DNA of 64,000 nucleotides from Minisyncoccia bacterium (GTDB taxonomy: Bacteria; Patescibacteriota; Minisyncoccia; UBA6257; 2-01-FULL-56-20). This document shows positions 1 to 10,066 of the stretch, in pieces. The DNA is taken from the NCBI GenBank assembly GCA_049997875.1, contig JBEKRC010000001.1, positions 108,609-172,608 on the forward strand. Direction: 5' to 3'. The translations under genes and the position numbers were made by a program. The notes under the pieces were generated by a model. That model searched no databases and had not been told where the DNA came from. It saw only the letters and a program-made list of their open reading frames with translations. The first letter of the stretch is position 1. Every line of letters begins with the position of its first letter.

Positions 1-235
1 TGGCCACGAGGTATTCGTAATACTTCATAATTTTCACAAAAATGCCGGCACCATGATTTAGGATGTCGGGTTCTACGCGCGAGACGTAAACTTGGTAGAT
101 TGGACCGCTCGCGTATTTCTCCGCCCACGGAAACTGCTCCTTGAAGCCTGCCAACTTCGTCGGGGGCATTAAGGTAGGACTTGGGCAATAACAATCAGTA
201 CCGAGTTTTGCGGCGAGTGCGTTTTGTGTAATCAC
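1..235 (-). CDS. hypothetical protein, N-terminal part (runs off the window start)
   Basis: GTG at 235 preceded by GGAGG; frame open to position 1 (MITQNALAAKLGTDCYCPSPTLMPPTKLAGFKEQFPWAEKY...). Not in the ORF track. Confidence 0.6.
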   Translation of the reverse strand, partial: MITQNALAAKLGTDCYCPSPTLMPPTKLAGFKEQFPWAEKYASGPIYQVYVSRVEPDILNHGAGIFVKIMKYYEYLVA

Positions 236-464
236 TGAACTACCTCCTGTGGCGTCACGCCACCTCAGCAAGCGTCACGCTTGCCAGTTTGGATTTGTCG
301 AAGAACTAATCGACTAGTTATATATTGTCACATACAAATGGCATTGTCAATCGAATCGAACATGCTGCTCATAGGGAAAGGATCGTTCGATACAAATATC
401 ATTGCATGCTCTCCCGTACAAGCGATTTGCCTCCCTGCCGCGCGCGCGTTACAATTTTTCTACC

Positions 465-1052
465 ATGATCCTCTCGGACCGCGATATCAAGAAAGCACTC
501 AAGGCGGGACGCATCAAGATCACGCCGGCGCCGGATTTCAAAACCCAGCTTGGCTCGTGCTCGCTTGACCTGCGGCTCGGCAACGAGTTCCGCGTGTTCC
601 GCCGCACTCACGTGCCGCACATAGACACCCAGGATATGAAACAGGCGGCGGCCCTTATGGAGGATGTCGTGGTTCCGAAAGGCGGCTCTTTCGTGCTCCA
701 CCCCCAAGACCTCGTGCTTGCGACCACGCTTGAATGGCTTGAAATCGGGGACGATCTCGTGGGACGAATTGAAGGAAGAAGTTCTCTCGGACGCCTCGGC
801 GTCATCGTCCACGGCACGGCGTCCATTTTTGATCCCGGCTGGCGCGGGAAGCCCGTGATGGAACTCGGCAACCTTGGCGTTGTGCCGGTACTTCTCTATC
901 CCGGCATGCGGGTGTGCGCTTTCACGTTTGAAGAAGTGTCAAGCAAGGTGGAAGTTCCCTATTATATGAAGAAGGGCGGGAAATACGCCGGGCAGAAAAA
1001 ACCGCTCGCATCAAAGCTTTCGCAAGAAACAAGAGCAAAAAAGCGGAAATGA
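465..1052 (+). CDS. dcd: dCTP deaminase
   Basis: MILSDRDI start, SLDLRLG, GRSSLGRLG, DPGWRG and KYAGQ motifs; TACAAT 9 nt before ATG 465. Confidence 0.95.
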   Translation: MILSDRDIKKALKAGRIKITPAPDFKTQLGSCSLDLRLGNEFRVFRRTHVPHIDTQDMKQAAALMEDVVVPKGGSFVLHPQDLVLATTLEWLEIGDDLVGRIEGRSSLGRLGVIVHGTASIFDPGWRGKPVMELGNLGVVPVLLYPGMRVCAFTFEEVSSKVEVPYYMKKGGKYAGQKKPLASKLSQETRAKKRK

Positions 1053-1723
1053 GTAGCGGCGGGTATGAGATAGAAATTAAGTGCCTCCTTGGAAACCGCG
1101 AGAATGCGGAACGCCTTGAAGCGCAGATGAAAAAGCTGGATCCGAAGCTTCGGAAAATCGGCTCACACAAACAGCTCAATCATTACTTTGAAGGGAATGG
1201 CGACGCGAAGGCTGTCGCAAAGGTCATTGCCGACGAAAAAGACCGAAAAGATTTTCTTGATCTTGCAAAAAGAGCAAAAGATTTTTCCCTGCGCACGCGG
1301 GAAGCGGACGGGAAGGTGCTCTTGGTCCTCAAGGCGACCATTGACGACACGACGAGTGCGAATGGAACCGCGCGCCGCGAATTTGAATGCGAAGTGGCGA
1401 TGCCGCTTTCAAAACTTGACGAGGCTGTCCTCGGTGCCGGTTTTACCTACCAGGCCAAATGGTCACGCGAGCGGATGGAGTACAAATTTTTCGACGCCAA
1501 CGTGACGATAGATAAGAACGCCGGCTATGGCTACCTCGCCGAATTTGAAATCATAGCGAGCGATCCCTCCCACGCGGACGGCGCGAAGGCGAAACTTCGC
1601 GAAATAATAAAAAATGTAGGGCTTGAGGAACTCAACCAGGCGCGCCTGGAACGTATGTTCGCTCATTACAACGCGCACTGGCCGGAGTATTATGGCACCG
1701 AAAAAACCTTCGTGATAGAGTAG
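1049..1723 (+). CDS. CYTH / triphosphate tunnel metalloenzyme family protein
   Basis: N-terminal EIEIK (ExExK), LRTR, RREFE and late AEFE motifs; ATGA overlap with dcd. Confidence 0.85.
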   Translation: MSSGGYEIEIKCLLGNRENAERLEAQMKKLDPKLRKIGSHKQLNHYFEGNGDAKAVAKVIADEKDRKDFLDLAKRAKDFSLRTREADGKVLLVLKATIDDTTSANGTARREFECEVAMPLSKLDEAVLGAGFTYQAKWSRERMEYKFFDANVTIDKNAGYGYLAEFEIIASDPSHADGAKAKLREIIKNVGLEELNQARLERMFAHYNAHWPEYYGTEKTFVIE

Positions 1724-1735
1724 TGACATAGAACC

Positions 1736-2737
1736 ATGGCGAACGTTCCCGCAGGTGCGCGGCATCCCGAATATCAATATCTTGACCTTCTCCGCGACAT
1801 CCTTGACCATGGCGTGAAGCAGGTAGACAAGGGAATCGGCTCCGTCACCTGGAGCGTCTTCGGCCGCCAAATGCGGTTTGATCTTTCGGAAGGATTTCCG
1901 CTCCTCACCACAAAAAAAGTATTTTGGAAGGGAATCATCTATGAACTCGCGTGGTTCTTGTCCGGCCAGTCCAACATCAAATACCTCGTGGACGCGAATG
2001 TCCACATCTGGGACGATTACCCTTACAAAATTTATCGGGAAAAAATGGACAAGGGCGAGCTTCCGCCGCTTACGAAAGAAGAATTCATCGCTAAAATCGC
2101 AGGCGACGCGGTGTTCGCAAAGCAGCACGGGAATCTGAAACATATCTACGGAGAAATGTGGCGCCGTTGGCCCGCAAAGAACGGCCGGACGATTGACCAG
2201 GTGCAGTGGCTTGTAAACGAACTCAAAAAAGATCCGGATGCCCACAACGCACTCGTGAATTCCTGGAACCCGGAGTACCTCTATGAAATGGCGCTGCCCC
2301 AGGAAGCATGCCGCTTCCCCATTTGCCACAACATGTATCAATGCAACATAAAGAATGGCAAACTTTCGCTTCATCTTTACCAGCGCACGGCCGACATGTT
2401 CCTTGGCGTTCCATTCAACATCGCGAGCTATGCGCTCCTGACCATCATCCTTGCCCGGGTAACAGGCAATGAGCCGGGAGAATTCGTCCACACCTTCGGC
2501 GACGCTCATATTTATGAAAATCATTTTGATGCGGTCAAAGAACAGCTCGCGCGCGAACCGAGGCCGTTCCCTACGGTAATGCTCGCTCCCGCGGTAAAAA
2601 CAATTGACGACTTCAAGCCGGAGCACGTAACGCTCACGGGCTACGACCCTCACCCGCCGATCAAGGCGGAACTGGCACCCATCGGCGGCCTCGCCACGGA
2701 TTCCTGGCGGGAATACACCAAGAAAAAAGCCGACTAG
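1736..2737 (+). CDS. thyA: thymidylate synthase
   Basis: GFPLLTTKKV, catalytic PICH, YQRTADMFLGVPFNIASY, GDAHIY. Confidence 0.97.
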   Translation: MANVPAGARHPEYQYLDLLRDILDHGVKQVDKGIGSVTWSVFGRQMRFDLSEGFPLLTTKKVFWKGIIYELAWFLSGQSNIKYLVDANVHIWDDYPYKIYREKMDKGELPPLTKEEFIAKIAGDAVFAKQHGNLKHIYGEMWRRWPAKNGRTIDQVQWLVNELKKDPDAHNALVNSWNPEYLYEMALPQEACRFPICHNMYQCNIKNGKLSLHLYQRTADMFLGVPFNIASYALLTIILARVTGNEPGEFVHTFGDAHIYENHFDAVKEQLAREPRPFPTVMLAPAVKTIDDFKPEHVTLTGYDPHPPIKAELAPIGGLATDSWREYTKKKAD

Positions 2738-2916
2738 TCCGTCAACACCCTTTCCACACTTTTCCCACACGCTTTCCCCACCCACACCTCTCGCGCTGGT
2801 TCCGTTCACGTTGCCCCTACTTTCAAGGGTTTCGTCTCTTGTGAACGTTGTCATAATCGTGCTAACGTAAGGCAGGTTTCCCTGCGGCAGTTACAACTCA
2901 ATTCACGGAGGTACGT

Positions 2917-3423
2917 ATGCGAAAGAAATTCAAAGCTATTCTTGCCTTGATTGCTCTCGGCATTCTCTTCGGACTCCAATACCACGCGCTACAGGCGCCG
3001 GGAGTCCAACAGAGGCTTTACGCCGACATCCACGATACGCCCGCCATCGTGTTCTATCCGATTGTCATCGCGCTTTTCCTCTCGTTCGTAGGCCCGACGA
3101 CGTACCTGCTCCTCAATGAGAAGCGATGGAGACAGAATGCTACCGAGCACAGCGTCATGAACGCAAAGATAGTGGCGAGCAGCCTGTGGTGCGTCGGCGG
3201 CAAGCCAATGATCACGGACGAAGGCACGACGGTGCGCTTCAACCACTTCTCGTGGCCCAGCAGGTCATTCATCCTACCGGTGCGGCCGGGGCATCCTGAC
3301 ATCACGCGATTCGGCAAACTCCACGAGGGCAATACCGTTGAGTTTGAGGCGCTCCCCGAAGTCATGGAGTGCTCCCTTGAACACGAGCTTTGCGGTTATC
3401 TCCGGATCAGGTCAGTGTCCTAG
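2917..3423 (+). CDS. hypothetical membrane protein (2 TM plus beta-rich C-terminal domain)
   Basis: 168-aa ORF with GGAGG SD and two hydrophobic segments. Confidence 0.7.
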   Translation: MRKKFKAILALIALGILFGLQYHALQAPGVQQRLYADIHDTPAIVFYPIVIALFLSFVGPTTYLLLNEKRWRQNATEHSVMNAKIVASSLWCVGGKPMITDEGTTVRFNHFSWPSRSFILPVRPGHPDITRFGKLHEGNTVEFEALPEVMECSLEHELCGYLRIRSVS

Positions 3424-3462
3424 GTTTCCGCATTCGCCCAACGTCCACACAGGAGGTTTTTG

Positions 3463-3546
3463 ATGAATTCTGACTCGTTCTTTTTGCTGCTTGCGGTGCT
3501 CTGGTTTATCCTGCGCTTCCTCGGTGCAAGCGCCGTTCTGGCTTAG
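3463..3546 (+). CDS. 27-aa hydrophobic single-TM peptide
   Basis: AGGAGG SD at 3451; MNSDSFFLLLAVLWFILRFLGASAVLA*. Confidence 0.5.
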   Translation: MNSDSFFLLLAVLWFILRFLGASAVLA

Positions 3547-3638
3547 CTCATTGCCATTCTTTCTAACGGCGTCCTACCTCTCGCGCCGCCACAGAAGATA
3601 GGTAATAAATTCCTCTTAGTCACCCCATACTACTTTAC

Positions 3639-3669
3639 GGCCCGGGACACGCAATACCCGGGCCCTTTT
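3639..3669 (+). terminator. intrinsic terminator
   Basis: GGCCCGGG...CCCGGGCC stem followed by CTTTT. Confidence 0.65.
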
Positions 3670-3741
3670 CATATCCAAAATCTGCACGCATAGCGCAGCC
3701 ATCACTGGGGCTCGTCGGGGTGAGTACCCTATGCGAGAGGG

Positions 3742-4251
3742 CTATCTCCGTTCGTAGATATTAAAGGTATAGTCGTATTGATTCTCTGCGTCTTTTTTGT
3801 GAAACTCCGATTGGGCGAGCCGCCACTCGGCCCCGCCGAACTTGGGAAAAAACGCATCACCCTCAAAAATGCTGTGTATCTTCGTGAGGTAGATCGTGTC
3901 GGCTTTCGGAAGCGCTTCTTTGTAGGTGAGTGCTCCTCCTATGACGAAAATTTCTTCTCCTCCTCCTCCTTTTGCCTTTCCCGCAAGACGCAATGCCTCA
4001 TCAAGAGTCCCTGCCATGCGATACCCTTTTATTTCACGGTCCGGCTGCATCGTGATCACAATATTCGTCCGCCCGGAAAGCGGTTTACCGATGGACTCAA
4101 ACGTTTTCCATCCCATGATGACCGGGTGGCCCATGGTGATATCTCTGAAATGTGCGAAATCCGCGGGGAGATACCACGGGATTTTTCCGCGCGATCCGAT
4201 CACCCGGTTCTCGCTCATCGCTGCAATAAGGGATATTTTCGCGCGCGTCAT
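3742..4251 (-). CDS. folA: dihydrofolate reductase
   Basis: ISLIAAMSENRVIG, IPWYLPAD, VIMGWKTFESI, IFVIGG, GDAFFP; alternative start at 4263. Confidence 0.95.
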   Translation of the reverse strand: MTRAKISLIAAMSENRVIGSRGKIPWYLPADFAHFRDITMGHPVIMGWKTFESIGKPLSGRTNIVITMQPDREIKGYRMAGTLDEALRLAGKAKGGGGEEIFVIGGALTYKEALPKADTIYLTKIHSIFEGDAFFPKFGGAEWRLAQSEFHKKDAENQYDYTFNIYERR

Positions 4252-4306
4252 TCTTGAACTCATCTCAAAAGTATACTCCACCAAATAGCGTGATAGAATG
4301 GATGCT

Positions 4307-5284
4307 ATGGCGATACTCATTTCCGGCTCTCTTGCGTACGACTACATTATGGATTTTTCGGGCCGCTTCCGCGATTACATCATGCCCAAGAACATCCATC
4401 TTTTGAATGTCTGCTTTCCGATACGCGAACTTGTAAAAAGCCGCGGCGGGACGGCGGGCAACATCGCCTACACGCTGAAACTCCTCGGGAGCGAGCCCGT
4501 AATCGTTTCGGTGCTTGGCAAAGACGGCGGAGAATATCTTATTCATCTGCGGCGTTTGGGAATCGGCACCCGCTACATCGCGCAAGACAAAAGCCGCTTT
4601 ACGGCTTCGGCGCACATCGTGACCGACAGGGACGACAACCAGGTCGCCGCGTTTTTTAGCGGCGCAGATCCAAAACTCACGCCGCCCATTCCGCGCATCG
4701 CGCGCATCTTGCGCGTTCCGCATGCACACACGACGACGAACAAAAGCGGCGCGCTCGCCATCATCTCGCCTTCGCATCCGCACACCATGCGGCGGCATAT
4801 GCGCGAGTGCGCGGCGCACGGCATCCCCGCAATCTTTGACCCGGGCCAGTGGTCTTCATCCCTTACCGGCGCCGCGTTTAGGGAAATGGTACGGACTTCA
4901 GCCATTACCATCGGCAACGACTATGAGATAAAGCTGCTCATAGAACGGACCGGCTGGAGCATGCGCGACGTTTTGAAAAAAACCAGGGTGCTTATCACCA
5001 CGTTTGGCGAGAAGGGATCGGCTATCGCGACCGCGAAAGGAGTCATGCGGGTAGCGCCCGCAAAGCCGCGCCGCGTCACGGACCCTACCGGCGCGGGAGA
5101 CTCCTATCGCGCTGGATTTTTGGCAGGACTTGAGCGACAATATGACCTAACAACCTGCGGCCGGATGGGAAGCGTCGCCGCGAGTTTCTGCATTGAACAC
5201 GCGGGGACGCAGGCGCACCGTTTCACTAAAAATGAATTCCGCGCGCGGTTCAAAAAAACGTACGGCGCCGAAGTAAAAATATGA
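4307..5284 (+). CDS. PfkB-family kinase, probably adenosine kinase
   Basis: [35 protein letters not shown]; overlaps the ahcY start. Confidence 0.88.
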   Translation: MAILISGSLAYDYIMDFSGRFRDYIMPKNIHLLNVCFPIRELVKSRGGTAGNIAYTLKLLGSEPVIVSVLGKDGGEYLIHLRRLGIGTRYIAQDKSRFTASAHIVTDRDDNQVAAFFSGADPKLTPPIPRIARILRVPHAHTTTNKSGALAIISPSHPHTMRRHMRECAAHGIPAIFDPGQWSSSLTGAAFREMVRTSAITIGNDYEIKLLIERTGWSMRDVLKKTRVLITTFGEKGSAIATAKGVMRVAPAKPRRVTDPTGAGDSYRAGFLAGLERQYDLTTCGRMGSVAASFCIEHAGTQAHRFTKNEFRARFKKTYGAEVKI

Positions 5285-6687
5285 AACGCGATTACAAAAT
5301 AAAAAATAGTGCGCTCGCCGGCTGGGGGAGAAAAGAAATTGAAATGGCGGAAAAGGAAATGCCCGGACTCATGGCGCTCCGGAAGCGCTACGCCGCACGG
5401 AAGCCTCTCAAGGGCGTCCGGATCACGGGATCGCTCCATATGACGGTCCAAACAGCGGTGCTTATAGAAACGCTCGCAGCACTTGGCGCCAAGGTGCGCT
5501 GGTCAAGCTGCAACATTTTTTCCACGCAGGACCACGCGGCCGCGGCCATCGCAAAAACCGGTATCCCGGTCTTTGCTTGGAAAGGGGAAACGCTCGTGGA
5601 ATACTGGGAGTGCCTGGATCGCGCACTGGACTTCGGGAATGGCAAGGGACCGGACCTTATCGTGGACGATGGAGGCGACGCGACGCTTATGGTGCATCTG
5701 GGCGCGGAGGCGGAAAACGATCCCGCCATCCTCCGGGCACGGCGCGCAAACATGTCCGCCGACGAAATAGAACTCATAAAGCGGCTCAAAATAATTTATA
5801 AAAAGAATCCCACGCGCTGGACGAAAGCGGCGAAAAAGATACGGGGCGTTTCAGAAGAAACCACGACGGGCGTCCACCGCCTCTACGAGCGCCTCGCGCG
5901 GAACGAACTCCTATTCCCTGCGATCAACGTGAACGACTCCGTGACCAAGAGCAAGTTTGACAACATCTACGGCTGCCGCCATTCCCTGATTGACGGCCTG
6001 AACCGCGCGACCGACGTCATGATCGGCGGGAAAACCGCCGTCGTGTGCGGCTACGGGGACGTCGGCAAGGGATCGGCCCAATCGCTCCGCGGGCAGGGCT
6101 GCCGCGTGATCGTCACGGAAATTGATCCCATCTGCGCCCTGCAAGCGGCAATGGACGGCTATGAGGTCGCGGCCGTGGAAGACACATTGGGGAAAGCCGA
6201 CATCTACGTGACCGCTACCGGCGACAGGGATGTGATCACGCTGGAACACATGAAAAAAATGAAGGATCAGGCGATCGTGTGCAACATCGGCCACTTTGAG
6301 AACGAAGTACAGGTGGGCCGCCTCAATGCGGCGCGCGGCGTGAAAAAAGAAACCGTGAAACCGCAGGTGGATAAATATATTTTCTCCGACAAGCGCGAAA
6401 TATACGTTTTGGCCGAAGGGCGGCTCGTGAACCTCGGCTGCGCGACCGGCCATCCAAGCTTCGTCATGAGCAACAGTTTTTCAAACCAAGTGCTTGCACA
6501 GCTCGCCTTATGGAAAAATCGCTACGAGATCGGCGTGTACCGGCTACCGAAAGAAATTGACGAAGAAGTGGCCCGTCTTCATCTCGGGAAGATCGGCGCG
6601 AAACTTACCAAACTCACCAAGGCCCAAGCCGCCTATCTTAACGTCCCTCAAGGCGGCCCTTACAAGCCCGACTATTATCGTTATTAA
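5281..6687 (+). CDS. ahcY: S-adenosyl-L-homocysteine hydrolase
   Basis: [49 protein letters not shown]-terminal YRY. Confidence 0.98.
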   Translation: MKRDYKIKNSALAGWGRKEIEMAEKEMPGLMALRKRYAARKPLKGVRITGSLHMTVQTAVLIETLAALGAKVRWSSCNIFSTQDHAAAAIAKTGIPVFAWKGETLVEYWECLDRALDFGNGKGPDLIVDDGGDATLMVHLGAEAENDPAILRARRANMSADEIELIKRLKIIYKKNPTRWTKAAKKIRGVSEETTTGVHRLYERLARNELLFPAINVNDSVTKSKFDNIYGCRHSLIDGLNRATDVMIGGKTAVVCGYGDVGKGSAQSLRGQGCRVIVTEIDPICALQAAMDGYEVAAVEDTLGKADIYVTATGDRDVITLEHMKKMKDQAIVCNIGHFENEVQVGRLNAARGVKKETVKPQVDKYIFSDKREIYVLAEGRLVNLGCATGHPSFVMSNSFSNQVLAQLALWKNRYEIGVYRLPKEIDEEVARLHLGKIGAKLTKLTKAQAAYLNVPQGGPYKPDYYRY

Positions 6688-6694
6688 GACCGCG

Positions 6695-7372
6695 CTACAA
6701 AGACAAATTTGTCCCTACTTCAAGCAAATAAGGGTTGGATCCGCCGTCTTTCGTCGTCACATCGCCGCTCCCACCATTGGAAAATTTCCTGCTTTCCATG
6801 AACGCGCTAAGTTTAAAACTTGTGTTGCCCGGGATGTACCCGTAGAACAAGGCGCAGTTTGAGAGCGAAACCGACGAGCTTGCCGCATTGCAGTTGCCTG
6901 CTTGATTTATGGGATCGAGAGGCTCCTGCCCAAGAGGGGCTCCCGACGAGATGTTCGCAAGGTCGACTGGGACCCAGCCGCTCCCCGGATACGAAGGCGT
7001 TGACGTTGGAATGCCGATGGACCGAGTGGTGGTTGCCGTGGTACTCGCTGCCGTGCCGCCTGCCGTCAAGAACCAATCTTTGCAAAAAGTAGTGCCCGGA
7101 AACGTCCACATTCCCGTGCTGCTGACCGTGGAAAATGTAGAGGTGCCGATACTGATATAACAGGTGCCTGCCGAGCCGAGATTGGGAGTCGCCACGTCCG
7201 TGAGATAAAGCGCGACGGCGGTTCGCAGGGTCCCCATGTCGGAAATGCGATTGGAATCCCTTGCCTGACGCAATAATTCCGCGGGATTCAGGGCTAAAAT
7301 AATCACCACCGACAAGACCGCGATGATCGCGATGACAATTAAGAGTTCAATAAGGGTAAATCCTTTTTTCAT
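6695..7372 (-). CDS. type IV pilin / type II secretion-like prepilin
   Basis: class III signal MKKG|FTLIELLIVIAII; ARDSNRISD; PLDP; four Cys. Confidence 0.92.
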   Translation of the reverse strand: MKKGFTLIELLIVIAIIAVLSVVIILALNPAELLRQARDSNRISDMGTLRTAVALYLTDVATPNLGSAGTCYISIGTSTFSTVSSTGMWTFPGTTFCKDWFLTAGGTAASTTATTTRSIGIPTSTPSYPGSGWVPVDLANISSGAPLGQEPLDPINQAGNCNAASSSVSLSNCALFYGYIPGNTSFKLSAFMESRKFSNGGSGDVTTKDGGSNPYLLEVGTNLSL

Positions 7373-8355
7373 AGTTTTTGATAAAAACGGCGGCCGGCAA
7401 ACAATCTGAAGGCAAGGTAAGAAACAAGAAGATCAAAGACAATGGCTGCGAGCGTTGCCGCGAGAAACCAAGGGAGCATACTGTCCCTTGCGGCGAACGC
7501 TTCGCCGTACGGCTGCTGCGTTACAATCCCCCAGTGAAATTGTGGCAACGGCTCATACGCCACAATGCTCTTTCCGGCGCGGTCCGAGTCATAGTCCACC
7601 CTCGTCCCCGCATTGCCCGCAAGCGCAGCTTGCACTTCCGGCATAAACGAATAATTGACCACTTCTCCGGTTTGCGAAGAAAACTTCGGATGCGCAATGA
7701 GGTCACCCTTAGTGTCAACAATATAGGCGAATCCATACGTCCCGAGGGAAAGATCTATCCCGAACTCCAAAAAGTTGTGCGCGGGGATCTGAAGAACCAA
7801 GAAGCCGCTGATCGCCCCTTGGTTCCTTACCGGCACCGCGATGCCTACGACATTGATCCGCGGCGAAGAAAGCCTCTGTACCACATTTGAAACATAAAAA
7901 CCTTCCCCGGCTCCGGTACGCAACGTTTTATACCAGTCGCTGCTTGTGGCGCTGGATCCCAAGCCGCCCACGAGCATCGGATATGCCGCCCGCTGAATCC
8001 CATCGGGGCCGTAAAGGGTAACCCTGTCAATAAATGTGTCATAAAATTCCGGCTCGTTTCCAAGATCGCTCACGGCCAGCGCCGCGTCCGCAAAGCGTCC
8101 GGCCGCGACATCGCCCGAAATCTGACTGGACGACGCCATTGCCTCTGCCACTGAAATAAGGCGATTGAGCTTTACCTCCAAGGCGCTCGCCGCGAGATTG
8201 GTGATCGTCTGCTGTTCGGCAAGTGTTTGTGCCGTCAGATTCTCATATGTGTGATACCACAACGTGCCGATCGCTACGGGCACCGAGAGAAGCACAACAA
8301 AAACGAGGATCGCGACCCAAAACGCTCGCTGCTCTGTGAGAGATAAACTAACCAC
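7369..8355 (-). CDS. membrane protein with extracellular dCache-like domain and no cytoplasmic output domain
   Basis: TM - SDWYK...YVSNV...IAVPV...GFAYIVDTKGDLIAHP...WGIV - TM, then stop; start GTG 8355 (TACAAT 6 nt upstream) or ATG 8376. Confidence 0.8.
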   Translation of the reverse strand: MVSLSLTEQRAFWVAILVFVVLLSVPVAIGTLWYHTYENLTAQTLAEQQTITNLAASALEVKLNRLISVAEAMASSSQISGDVAAGRFADAALAVSDLGNEPEFYDTFIDRVTLYGPDGIQRAAYPMLVGGLGSSATSSDWYKTLRTGAGEGFYVSNVVQRLSSPRINVVGIAVPVRNQGAISGFLVLQIPAHNFLEFGIDLSLGTYGFAYIVDTKGDLIAHPKFSSQTGEVVNYSFMPEVQAALAGNAGTRVDYDSDRAGKSIVAYEPLPQFHWGIVTQQPYGEAFAARDSMLPWFLAATLAAIVFDLLVSYLAFRLFAGRRFYQKL

Positions 8356-8484
8356 AACTTTATTGTAGTCAATCATGCCGCATAATCCAAAGGTATTGTG
8401 CACACCCTGGACATAGTTGCGGTTGATATGCTGTAATACAGGCAGTAAGAGTACGTACTGGTTCGCCGTCAAAAGGAGTGGGCT

Positions 8485-8754
8485 ATGCGTATTGATATTG
8501 GTGGCATCGGGCGCCTCCTGAAGTCTTGGAGGGCCGCCCGAAAACGGGTGGGGATCGAGAATGAATTGTGGCTGGCTCGGCTTGAGCTTGTCGAATCTCA
8601 GGCAGCTCTCGCTTCCCAGGAAAAAAGAAAGATTGGGAGGCGATGGAATGATCGAAGAATCCTGGAAGAGTACGAGAGCAACGTCGATCAGGCGAGGAGG
8701 AAAATTGAGTCTCTCGAACGGCAACTCGAAATTAAAGACCTCCTCGCGGCCTAA
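8485..8754 (+). CDS. hypothetical coiled-coil protein
   Basis: AAGGAG SD; 89-aa charged helical ORF. Confidence 0.55.
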   Translation: MRIDIGGIGRLLKSWRAARKRVGIENELWLARLELVESQAALASQEKRKIGRRWNDRRILEEYESNVDQARRKIESLERQLEIKDLLAA

Positions 8755-8915
8755 TTCCGGCGACGAGAAGATTGCGAAGGGGGCGCGCGGAAGATCAGCA
8801 ATGCTTATCTACCTACACGAACGCGCCCCATTCAATTTCCCATCCCCAAAAATCGCTCGCCGCGAGCGCTCGTGCGGCGCCGTCTTCGTCCGAATCCTTG
8901 CCCAGGGCGCCGTTC

Positions 8916-9434
8916 TTAAATAACCTTCGCGTAGAGAACGCCGTCTAAAAATGTTTTGCCCTTTTTACTATGTTTTCTCAGTAAACCTTCATAGATGAAT
9001 CCCGACTTCTCCAGAACTCTTATCGACGCGTTGTTGAACGGAAATGCAAATGCATAAATCCTTTTGAGGCCCAACGCGCGGAATCCGAACTTGGAGAAAA
9101 TTTTTACCGCTCGCGTCATGATGCCTTTGTTCCAATATTTTCTCGCGAGCCAGTAGCCGAGTTCGGCTTTGTGGTCTTCTATTTTATTAAACCCGAGGGA
9201 ACCGGCCACTTCGCCGTCTATGTCGATGACAAAACTGATCCTTTGTCGCTTCCTTTTTTTCGCTTCATTGAGATTCTTTTTGATCCATTGTTTTGCGTCT
9301 TCAAGGGTATAGGGATGCGGAATCAAAAGCGTCTTCCTCGCAATCATTTTGTCATTGATGTTCCGCGCCAAGGATACCTCGTCGCCCTTCCTGAACGGGC
9401 GCAGGGTAAACAATTTATCTTTGAGGATCGGCAT
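8916..9434 (-). CDS. GNAT N-acetyltransferase (RimJ/RimL type)
   Basis: AELGYWLARKYWNKGIMT and NNASIRVLEKSGFIYEG. Confidence 0.93.
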   Translation of the reverse strand: MPILKDKLFTLRPFRKGDEVSLARNINDKMIARKTLLIPHPYTLEDAKQWIKKNLNEAKKRKRQRISFVIDIDGEVAGSLGFNKIEDHKAELGYWLARKYWNKGIMTRAVKIFSKFGFRALGLKRIYAFAFPFNNASIRVLEKSGFIYEGLLRKHSKKGKTFLDGVLYAKVI

Positions 9435-9590
9435 GACCCAATTATATATCCGACAAGATAAAAATCGCAGGGTGCCTCAGTAGAAGCAGCGAAAGCCGTG
9501 AGGGGGCGATCGAAAATGCTGATTCCCATACCACTGGTCGCTTCACAAGGTGGCCACCCCACCGTGCTACTCACTATATGGCGGGTAATC

Positions 9591-9858
9591 TTATTGGATG
9601 CTAAATAACGCACTTTGGCCGCTGATCGCTCCGTTGAAGAATAGAACAATGCTATAGTAGCCACCGCCCGTGAGATTCAGGGGAACTTGCCATTCATAGC
9701 TGCCAGTATTGTTGTCGCTCGTGTATATCGGAGCCGAGCCGATCTCTATGCCACAAGCGGGTATTTTTGTGCGCCTCATAATACCAAATCCCGCCGACAA
9801 TCAAAATGCCCACGACGATAAGGACGACAACAACCGGCGCAAAACCTTTTCGGTTCAT
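9591..9858 (-). pseudogene. frameshifted or deleted KGF-signal surface protein with Ig-like C-terminus
   Basis: ATG 9858: MNRKGFAPVVVVLIVVGILIVGGIWYY, stopping at 9694; another frame carries NTGSYEWQVP...GGYYSI...SALFSIQ to 9591. Confidence 0.6.
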
Positions 9859-10066
9859 TTATGTCAATTATATCAGATAAAGGTTTGGCCACCGTCAGGG
9901 GTATCTTGTACGCGCTCCATAAAATATGGATAAAAAATGCCGAATACCTGGGTTCTAATAACGCACGATCGGGTGCCTTGGTAGAGGACGTCAGAACTCT
10001 TTTTGAAGGAATGGCCAGCAAATGGTGAGCCCGGCAGGTTCGGTTCTACCAAGGAATCGTTGGAAT

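Noticed and set aside
2750-2790. TTTCC(C)ACAC short repeats; also TGTGGACAA at 18440 as DnaA boxes
   Set aside because: Degenerate, far from dnaA, and without an adjacent AT-rich unwinding element
1463-2854. 463-aa antisense ORF and similar long shadow ORFs (13573-14793, 34611-35537, 54217-55203, 60443-61414)
   Set aside because: They lie opposite well-supported genes, lack motifs, and are expected from codon bias
8356-8724. N-terminal extension of the 451-aa Cache ORF (likewise the extensions of dcd, pcrA, pyrG, rpmH and the PBP)
   Set aside because: Overlaps other genes or promoters; recognisable sequence begins at later starts
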